This document shows, piece after piece, positions 54,252-64,000 of a stretch of 64,000 bases of DNA. How positions within the stretch are numbered: position 1 is the stretch's first letter; each line of letters opens with the position of its first letter. Location: the NCBI GenBank assembly GCA_951406725.2, contig OX597837.1, positions 35,588,001 through 35,652,000 on the forward strand, read 5' to 3'. This DNA is from Octopus vulgaris. Its lineage: Eukaryota. A program made the position numbers and the translations under genes. The notes under the pieces are model-generated. The model did no database searches. It was not told the origin of the DNA and saw only the letters and a program-made list of their open reading frames with translations.

Positions 54252-55981
54252 ATAGCACCCTTTATTTGCCAAAAACCTGCTGCCTTTGTGTTCTCATATT
54301 ACATTGATTAATAACGCAGACATTCTTTCTCAGCGTTTTTCCAATTTAATTAATTAAATAATTAAAAAATAAAATTACATGAATTAAATATATATTAAGA
54401 GCTGCTTGACTTTCACAGCATTTGCAATTATCCTTCTCAACACATCGTTGAGAGTAGACGGGAACAAGAGGGGACGGATTGTGCATGTGTAGACAAATAT
54501 GTATATATATATATTCATATACATAAACACATACTTAGATACATTACACATACATACACTCATGTTTATTATCCTTTCACACATATTCTTTCTCTTCTTT
54601 TCTTTCTTTTACTCATTTCAGTTTTCATATTTAAGTATAATTACAAAATAATTATAAGGGTTCTGAACCCACAATGCCTGTATGCTTGAAGTAGACCCCA
54701 AATTGGTCTACAAACCATTTAAGTTATCTCTCCATTCCCACAAGGTTGTATGCGAGGAAAATGGACAGAAAGGATTTATAAAATATTGGGGACAACACTG
54801 TATCTCAAGATTTCGTGGTTTATGATATTAAAATTGTTTTCCACTCTTCAGTAATGTAAACCAGTCATAAATAAATGAGAAATACACATATATATATATA
54901 TATATATGAATATAAATTAGAGAAAAACCACCATGTAGCAATTCAACAACGATATAATTAAATCATACCATATAGAAAAAAAAAAAAATTAAATCTTCCC
55001 GCAGGAGTGGCTGTGTGGTAAGTAGCTTGGGCAAGTGTCTTCTGCTATAGCCTCGGGCCGACCAAAGCCTTGTGAGTGGATTTGGTAGACGGAAACTGAA
55101 AGAAGCCTGTCGTATATATGTATCATCATATATATATATATGTATGTGTGTGTGTGTTTGTGTGTCTGTTTGTCCCTCTAGCATTGCTTGACAACCAATG
55201 CTGGTGTGTTTACATCCCCGTCACTTAGCGGTTCGGCAAAGGAGACCCATAGAATAAGTACTGGGCTTAACAAAGAATAAGTCCCGGGGTCGATTTGCGT
55301 GACTAAAAGGCGGTGCTCCAGCATGGCTGCAGTCAAATGACTGAAACAAGTAAAAGAGTAAAGAGTAAGAGAGATAAAACATTTACGAGAACTAAATAAA
55401 GTATAAAATTTGTTTTTATCAGTCTTAGCTCTGGTCATACTGGAGCACCGCCTTCAACAATTTTATTTATAAACTTGCAGATAAAAACCCCAGAAATGCT
55501 AGAACTCAGCGCAATCACGGCTTGCTCTATCTCGTCTTATCTCGGCTGCACCTCTTATCAGTATAACTGCTGTGTATGGATCAGTTGCTTTTTAAACTTG
55601 TTACTGCGTTAACTTCTGAAAACAGTGACTGAATCCCTATGTGATCATTCAAGCTGCTGGAAACAGCAGCCAAATCTCTCTCAGAATCATACATCATCAT
55701 CATCATCTTAAAAGAAAGAAAAAGATGATGGACATGTTAGGACATATGAGGTGGGTGGGGTGCACAGAATAGTTCCTGGCTTTGAGGGTATTGTGAAAGG
55801 CTCGGTTGGAGGTCCAGTCTTCGGAGTTCTTTCATCACAGGGTTTAGAAAAACTGAAGGGCCACTGCAATAAGTGTGTGAATCTGGGAAGGGATTATGCT
55901 GAATAAAATCATAATTAACTGATCCTCCTCTTTTCCCCAAAGCCAGAAACTTTTCAGCACCCACTTGTGTATGTGTATATA

Positions 55982-55982
55982 C

Positions 55983-56016
<34 letters not shown>

Positions 56017-56256
56017 AAAAGTAGGTATACAGTTATGTAAAAAAGAAAACATGTACAATACTCATCTATTTTTATCAAAAAATTTAAAAGTTACGATAAA
56101 AGTATTATTATAGTTATGATAAATGTATTATTATATTTAATGACACTGAAAATATCAAAAATTAGGCTAACTTAAAAATTTTTTTGATAAAAATAAATGA
56201 GTTTTGTATATATTTCCTTTTTTTTTCCATAACTGTATACCTACTTTTGCACCCCC

Positions 56257-56259
<3 letters not shown>
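55982..56259. mobile_element. Tc1-like MITE; left TIR interrupted by (GT)n
   Basis: gtgcaaaagtaggtatacagttatg / cataactgtatacctacttttgcac. Confidence 0.7.
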
Positions 56260-56288
<29 letters not shown>

Positions 56289-56361
56289 AATGTGACCTTG
56301 TGTGTACCGTTGGCGATTTTTTTCCTCTGTCTTCCCTTCTCTAGATCTTTCCTTCTCCTAT

Positions 56362-56396
56362 GTTTCCGATGAAGAGCTCCGCTCGAAACGTTAAAC
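56362..56396 (+). ncRNA. Minimal hammerhead-like motif (family 3, CCGAUGA core)
   Basis: gttt-CCGATGA-a-gagc-tcc-gctc-GAAA-cg-TT-aaac; decayed copy at 30412-30446. Confidence 0.55.
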
Positions 56397-56495
56397 CCTC
56401 CTTCTTTCCTTCTTTCTTGAGCGTCCAATAATACTATATTTGTTCCACGTGCTCGCGTTGTTGTGTTTTCTCTTTGTGTTTTCTTGTTTGGATTA

Positions 56496-56530
<35 letters not shown>

Positions 56531-57010
56531 AAAGGGGTTTGTATGATTGTGTATAGAGGGATATATGTTATTCAAAGAAATTTCAACTCTGTCTGTTTTT
56601 TATGTTTTATTTATATTCTTTATAATATTAATGTAGAATATAGAATATATAGTATAAATAATATATATATAGTAAAATGAAATGAAATATTGATTGTCTT
56701 ATTGAACGGATGAAATATTGAATATCAAATATTAAGGGACTAGTGTATTTTCTTGCATTAAAGCAGTCTTCAACACCACAGGTTGTGACAGGAGTGTTTC
56801 AATTGTGTATATATATATGTGTGTGTGTGTGACAATTAGTTGGTTGTCATGAAACTGAACTGGTAGGCAGCAGAAGCAGGGGCAGACCTTCTGTTAATGT
56901 ACTACTCTGATGTTTAGTGAGTGTTTTATTATGACAACCAATTGTCTCATATTTATAATAAATTCCTCTGTTTTACATGATATCAAGGTCTCATTCATTC
57001 TTTTGTTGTC

Positions 57011-57051
<41 letters not shown>

Positions 57052-57055
<4 letters not shown>

Positions 57056-57443
57056 AGAGTTTACGAAAAAAAAAAAAAAGACTAAGATAGGTGGTGTACA
57101 AAACAAACAGATGTGTTAGTATAACGCTCAGGAATAGAAAAAGTCTTTTACGTTTTGAGCCTACGCTCTTCTACAGGAAGGGACACAGAAAAAACAAGGA
57201 GAGAAAAAATGTGTGTAGTTGCTAATGATCTATCATGATTATATATATGTGTGTGTGTGTTAGCTCCTACACGCAATTTTTTTTTCTCTCCTTGTTTTTT
57301 TTCTGTGTATCTTTCTGTCGAAGAGCGTAGGCTCGAAATGTAAAAGACTTGTTCTATTTATATTCCTGAGCGCCATACTTATACAATTGTTTGTTTGTAC
57401 TTCACCTGCCTTCGTCTTTTGTTTATTTTCGTAAACCTTCCCG

Positions 57444-57445
<2 letters not shown>
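57052..57445. mobile_element. Inverted pair of family-4 elements between (TA)n tracts
   Basis: ~57052-57235 is the reverse complement of ~57260-57445; a single copy lies at ~30550-30740. Confidence 0.55.
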
Positions 57446-57523
<78 letters not shown>

Positions 57524-57533
57524 TATACACACA

Positions 57534-57604
<71 letters not shown>

Positions 57605-57662
57605 AGTAGTTCATAAATCTGCAAAAGGAACACACTCTAAGCATTAGAGTAGTAATATTTAC

Positions 57663-57783
57663 AGAAGGTTGGTTGTTATGGCTGGTTAGAGAATGGCCAC
57701 TGGTTTCACACCTGTACAACTAAGTGCTTTACAGGTGTGAAACCAATGGTAGCTCTCTGATTGGCCATAATAACCAACCTTCT
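57663..57783 (+). other. 121-nt imperfect hairpin rich in G-U pairs
   Basis: 54-bp arms, 13-nt loop; about 7 of 10 non-Watson-Crick positions are G-U on the + strand. Confidence 0.55.
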
Positions 57784-58482
57784 ACAAACATATATATATG
57801 CATGTGTGTGTGTTGTTGTGTTCACCCTCCACCACTTGATAACCGATGTTGGTTTGCTTATGTCCTGTAACTGACAGGTGTGTCACAAAAGGGACCGCTA
57901 GAACAAGTACCAGGCTTTAAGATAGGACACACCAGGGTTAGTTTGTTTAACAAAAACTTTCTGAGCAATGCCCCAGCGTGGTCGCAGTGTATTCACTGAA
58001 ACAAGTAAAATCTATCTACCTATCTATCCATACATACATACACACACATACATACATACATACATACATACATACATACATACATACATACATACATACA
58101 TACATACTCACACACACATACATACATACACACATACATACATACATACATACATACATACATACATACGTACATACATACACACACACATACATACATA
58201 CATACGTACATACATACGTACATACATACATACATACACACACATACATACACACACACATACACATACATACACACACATACATACACACACATACATA
58301 CGTACACACATACATACATACACACACACATACATACACACACACATACAAACATACGTACATACATAGATACACACACACATACATACATACTTACATA
58401 CATACGTACATACATACACACATACATACATACATACACACTTACACACACACACACACACACGCACACACATACATACATC

Positions 58483-58698
58483 CAGGGTGCGGCAGAAGTA
58501 ACGTCCTTTTTACATTTAATGACTTTTATAGTTTATAAATGTTTATTAATCTTTTATTGAACACAAATTTATTGCATTACTTAAAGAAATGAAGAATAAA
58601 CTAATGAAAAAAAAAGAAGTTTTAGGAAATTTATTAAAGTATTCTTTCATCATTAACAAGATTTAAATACAAAAGAACTTTACTTCTGCCGCACAGTG
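58483..58698. mobile_element. Tc1-like MITE
   Basis: cagggtgcggcagaagtaa / ttacttctgccgcacagtg. Confidence 0.7.
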
Positions 58699-58727
58699 TA
58701 AAAAAAAAAAAAGAATTTTCTAGTATA

Positions 58728-58898
58728 GGCGCAGGAGTGGCTGTGTGGTAAGTAGCTTGCTAACCAACCACATGGTTCTGGGTTCAATCCCACTGCGTGG
58801 CATCTTGGGCAGGTGTCTTCTGCTATAGCCCCGGGCCGACCAATGCCTTGTGAGTGGATTTGGTAGACGGAAACTGAAAGAAGCCTGTCGTATATATG

Positions 58899-58933
<35 letters not shown>

Positions 58934-59130
58934 TTGTCTCCCTAGCATTGCTTGACAACTGATGCTGGTGTGTGTTTACGTCCCCGTCACTTAGCGGTTC
59001 GGCAAAAGAGACCGATAGAATAAGTACTGGGCTTACAAAGAATAAGTCCCGGGGTCGATTTGCTCGACTAAAGGCGGTGCTCCAGCATGGCCGCAGTCAA
59101 ATGACTGAAACAAGTAAAAGAGTAAAGAGT
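58728..59130 (+). mobile_element. tRNA-derived SINE family A, full length
   Basis: A/B-box head (tggctgtgtggt..ggttcaatccc), ccttgggcaag-like core, internal (TA)(TG)n, aaagagt tail; about 20 copies in the window. Confidence 0.85.
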
Positions 59131-60504
59131 AATTGTTGTTTAGTTCTTCTTCCTTACTGTTTTTGTTTTCTCATATTTTTTAAAGAATTTTTTGCAGAAA
59201 TACATTTTTGAGGGTGTAGGTGATGGTTGTGTTGATAAAATTGCTAAATTTTTTCATTGGAATTTGGAATCATGCTTCTCTCTCTCATTTTCGTTTTTTC
59301 ATGGAATTTTACTGAGGTATTTTTGACAGAATGGTGGTGATCAGGAACTCTACCAAATTGTTTTATTTTTCTTACATAATCGTAAACTACATTTTTGAAA
59401 GCTAGTATGTCGGTGAAATTTTATTTAAAAATACGTATTTTTAATGTATTTTTAGGAATACTTTGACAAAACAACGTCAGACTTGGGGCACCAAACTGTA
59501 GTTATGACTATTTTGTTTCATTTTTTTTTTTTTTTAAATGCAGAGTAAAAACAAAAAAAAAAGCTCCTGTAATCCTAGAACCCTCTAAAGAGACAGATTG
59601 GTTAAGTTTCGAACAACTTTGGTCGTAGGTCTGACTGTTAGATTAACGATAATCTGGGACTCAAGAAGTCAAACAGCCCGTCTCAGATTTAAAGATTTAA
59701 TGAAATGAAAAGATATTCCAAGGGAGGTAACTTTTGTAACTAAAAGAGAAATTTGTCTCCCTTTGCACGGTTATCGTTCCGTTTGCCTCCCTTTCAACAG
59801 ACCAGGATTAGAGTTCGTGCCTTGGATAGGGTGCTGGTGGGGACGGAATGGAATGCTGTTTTATTCAAATCTCATAGTTGTTCAGTGTAAATAACAACAT
59901 TGCATATCTTCACATCTATTTTTAAATGATGTCGGCTGTGACATCGGTGTACCGTCGCCGAGGTCGACTTTGCCTTTCATCCTTTCGGGGTCGATAAATT
60001 AAGTACCAGTTACGCACTGGGGGTCGATGTAATCGACTTAATTCGTTTGTCTGTCCTTGTTTGTCTCCTCTATGTTTAGCCCCTTGTGGGTAATAAAGAA
60101 ACATATACACAAGGATAGGTCACACTTTTTTTAACGAAAAACTTCGATAAAAATCAGGTGTACGACCTATCATTTTGACATCCCAGAGATCTGAGGTAGA
60201 CGATGGCGAATCAATAGTCTTGTGTGACATTTTCTTCAGTTCTGTTCGTAATTCTAGACGTTTATCTCGTCGAGTTCATAAATATCGATTTTTGTTTTTG
60301 TCGAGTTGATTTATCAATTAAACTACTTTCATAATGTCATTTCCGCGAAAATGTTTTAATATTTGTAAAAAAACGTTTTGAAATAGGCGCAGGTGTGGCT
60401 GTGTGGTAAGTAGCTTGCTTACTAGCCACATGGTTCCGGGTTCAGTCCCTCTGCGTGGCACCTTGCCTTGGATTTGGTAGACGTAAACTGAAGGAAGCTC
60501 GTCG

Positions 60505-60541
<37 letters not shown>

Positions 60542-61408
60542 TTGTATGTATGTATATGTTTGTGTGTCTGTGTCCCCCCCCCCATCGCTTCACAAAGGCG
60601 GTGCTCCAGCATGGCTGCAGTCAAATGACTGAAACAAATAAAAGAATTAAAAAAATAATGGTGAATATTTAACAAATATCAGTTATACTTACGTTAAAAA
60701 AGGGCCATGCAACTCCCCAGATTGTAGTGCAGCCTATATGCAAATACCCAAAGGGTGCGACTTACCCGCTGGTGCGACCTACCCAGTTAATAAATTTACA
60801 AAATAAAAAAAATTTCTTTAATTACTTTATACTTGTTTCTGTGGCCACTCTGGGGCACTGTCTCAATGAATTTTGGAACAAATCGAACCCAGTAATTTTT
60901 TTAAAGCCTAGTACTTATTCTATTGGTCACTTTTACTGAACTGCTAAGTTACAGGGACATAAACTCACCAACACCACTTGTCAAGTGATGGTGGGGACAA
61001 ACACTCATGTACACACACTCACGATGGGCTTTTGGTTTCTGTCTACTAAATCTACTCACAAGGCTTTGGTCGGCCCAAGACATTTGCCCAAGGTGCCAGA
61101 CAGTGGGGCTGAACCCAGAACCATGTGGTTGGGAAGCAAGCTTCTTTCCACACAGCCACGCCCTGTGCCTATTTTGGTCAGAATTTCCCACTTTGATTGT
61201 TGTCCAATCAACAAATCAACGAGGCTCATCAAATTGGTGTATAAGTAGCTGAGTATTCCACAGACCCATGAACCCTTAATGCAATTCCCAACTGCAATCA
61301 ACATAAAACTTTCTAAACATATGTCTGTGTGTGTGTGTGTTTGTCCTCTTCCCACAACCACATGACGACTGGTGTTGGTTTGGTTACATCCCTGTAACTT
61401 AATAGTTT

Positions 61409-61461
<53 letters not shown>

Positions 61462-62014
61462 TTTTATTTGTTTCAGTCATTTGACTGCGGCCATGCTAGA
61501 GCACCGCCTTTAGTCGAGCAAGTCGACTCCAGAACTTATTCTTTGTAAGCCTAGTACTTATTCTATCGGTCTCTTTTGCCAAACTGCTAAGTTACAGGGA
61601 CATAAACACACCAACATCGGTTGTCAGGTAATAGTGGTGAGAACACACACACAAACACACACATATATATATGACGGGCTTCTTTCAGTTTCCGTCTACC
61701 AAATCCACTCAGAAGGCTTTGGTCTGCCCGCTGTGATAACAGAAGACATTTGCCCAAGGTGCCATGCAGTGGGACTGAACCCAGAATCATGTGGGCACAC
61801 GTATATAAGATGGGCTTCTTTCAGTTTCCATCTACGAAATCTACTCAGCTTTGATAGGACAAAAATAGCTTCAGACTTACTTTCGGAAGTAAAAGAAAAA
61901 AAAAAGAAAAAGAAAAAAGGAAAAAAAAAAGCAAGCATCAAAAGAAAGTCATTACTAAATGAAGTTGTTGACCCATGGTTCATAGTGTATCTCCTTCACC
62001 CAATTGTCTCTCTG

Positions 62015-62045
<31 letters not shown>

Positions 62046-62174
62046 GTCTGTCTGTCTGTCCATATATCTGTCTGTCTATCTATCTGTCTATCTTTTTGTC
62101 CATATATCTGTCTGTCTATCTATCTGTCTATCTTTTTGTCCTTATATCTGTCTGTCTATCTATCTATCTATCTA

Positions 62175-62214
<40 letters not shown>

Positions 62215-62222
62215 CCTGTCTT

Positions 62223-62271
<49 letters not shown>

Positions 62272-62364
62272 GTAGCTATTTGTCTATATATCTATCTATC
62301 TATCTCTATCTATCTGTCTGTCTGTCTGTCTGTCTACCTGTCTTTCTATCTATCTATCTATCTT

Positions 62365-62405
<41 letters not shown>

Positions 62406-62762
62406 GACATTTCTGTGATAACGATCCCTATTGATCAATTTTTTCCTCCCCCCTTTTTTTAAAACCCCCTTTTTTTGTCCTCTTTCTCTCCTTTTACGAT
62501 CCCTTTTGATCGAAACTCCCCCTTCCTTTTTTTTTTTTTTTTTTTTCTTAAACCTTCAAAAGAAAAGCTCTACCTTGTAATTTGTTCTATCTGTGTGCAG
62601 CCCTGTGTGGCTAATAAAGAAACATATCTATCTGTCTATCTTTTTGTCCTTATATCTGTCTGTCTATCTATCTGTCTATCTTTTTGTCCTTATATCTGTC
62701 TGTCTATCTATCTATCTATCTATCTATCTGTCTGTCTGTCTGTCTGTCTATCTACCTGTCTT

Positions 62763-62811
<49 letters not shown>

Positions 62812-62880
62812 GTAGCTATTTGTCTATATATCTATCTATCTATCTCTATCTATCTATCTGTCTGTCTGTCTACCTGTCTT

Positions 62881-62965
<85 letters not shown>

Positions 62966-64000
62966 ATATCTATCTATCTGTTTGTCTGTCTATAGCCATC
63001 CATTCATCTTTCTGTGTATGTATGTATGCATGCATGCATCTATCAATCTATCTATCTATCTACGTGGGCAGTTCTGACAGAAAGTTATCTGTCTTTATAT
63101 CTATTTGCGTGTCTGTCTACATCCATCCATCCGTCTATGTATGTATGTATGCATGCATCTGTCTGCATGTCCATCTATCTATCTGTCTGTCCACCCACTA
63201 ATCTATCCCCCCAGTCCCACCCAAACACTTCCACTCCTCCATCCATCCATCCATCCATCCTCTCTCTTTATCTATCCTTCCACCCAATTTATCTCTTCTA
63301 TCCATCCACCCACCCGGGTTGTCTATTTCTAAACCAACCTCCCAACTAACCTACCTACCTACTTATCAACAATCTCTCTCTCTCTCTCTCTCTCCCTCAA
63401 TCCATCTATATATCTACATCTCTCTCTTGGTGTCTCTCTCTCTCTTGGTGTCTCTCTCTCTTGGTATCTCTCTCTCTCTTGGTGTCTCTCTCTCTCTCTC
63501 TCTCTCTCTACAATAGTCTTCACTCAACTCGCCATACAGCTGTGTCTGTCTGTTTGTCTGAGGCAATTGCTAACTGATAGAATTACATTTATATTCTTCA
63601 GTACTAGGCCTGTTCTCTCTCTCTCTCCCTCTCTTATGTTGTCGTCTCATTCGATGGTATTCTAATCTCTGGACATCAGCCAACCTAGATTTCTCACCAA
63701 CAAAACCATTCCTTCATCAGACATTCTTTCTTTGTTTCTTTCTTTCTTTTTTCGTTTCTTTCTTTCCTTCTTTCTTTCTTCGTTTCTTTCTTTCCTTCTT
63801 TCTTTGTTTGTTTCTTTCTTTCTTTCCTTCTTTCTTTCTTCGTTTCTTTCTTTCTTTCGTCCTTTCTTTCTTTCCTTCTTTCTTTCTTTCCTTCCTTCTT
63901 TCTTTCTTTCTCCCCCCACCCACTATGTAGTTGGATGTATTGTTCTAACACGCACACATACACGAAGCAGCAGATTTCTCTTGATATATATGCGCACACA

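Noticed and set aside
55475-55562. Possible next PP2A B'' exon
   Set aside because: Weak pyrimidine tract and donor; no similarity to the expected IP.FYFP.G region.

Overview
Eukaryotic, AT-rich, extremely repeat-dense DNA. It is dominated by (TA)n/(TCTA)n/(CA)n microsatellites, tRNA-derived SINEs, 3'-truncated CR1/L2- and RTE-type LINE pieces, DNA-transposon relics and MITEs. The repeat landscape resembles an octopus/cephalopod genome (recognition only, no search). Nearly all ORFs in the supplied track are microsatellite translations. One host coding exon is recognisable: the first coding exon (ATG 50414, donor after 50719) of a PP2A B'' regulatory subunit (PPP2R3A/B-like) on the + strand, with two uORFs; most of the window is probably its 5' introns or upstream DNA. 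Main finding: at least four sequence-distinct families of short non-coding elements sit in (TA)n tracts, often as inverted pairs, and carry minimal hammerhead-ribozyme motifs (CUGAUGA..GAAA..UH with palindromic stem III). One family has a compensatory U3-A8 core. This looks like a Penelope-like/retrozyme-type system associated with TA microsatellites. Several nested insertions with readable target-site duplications are also resolved.
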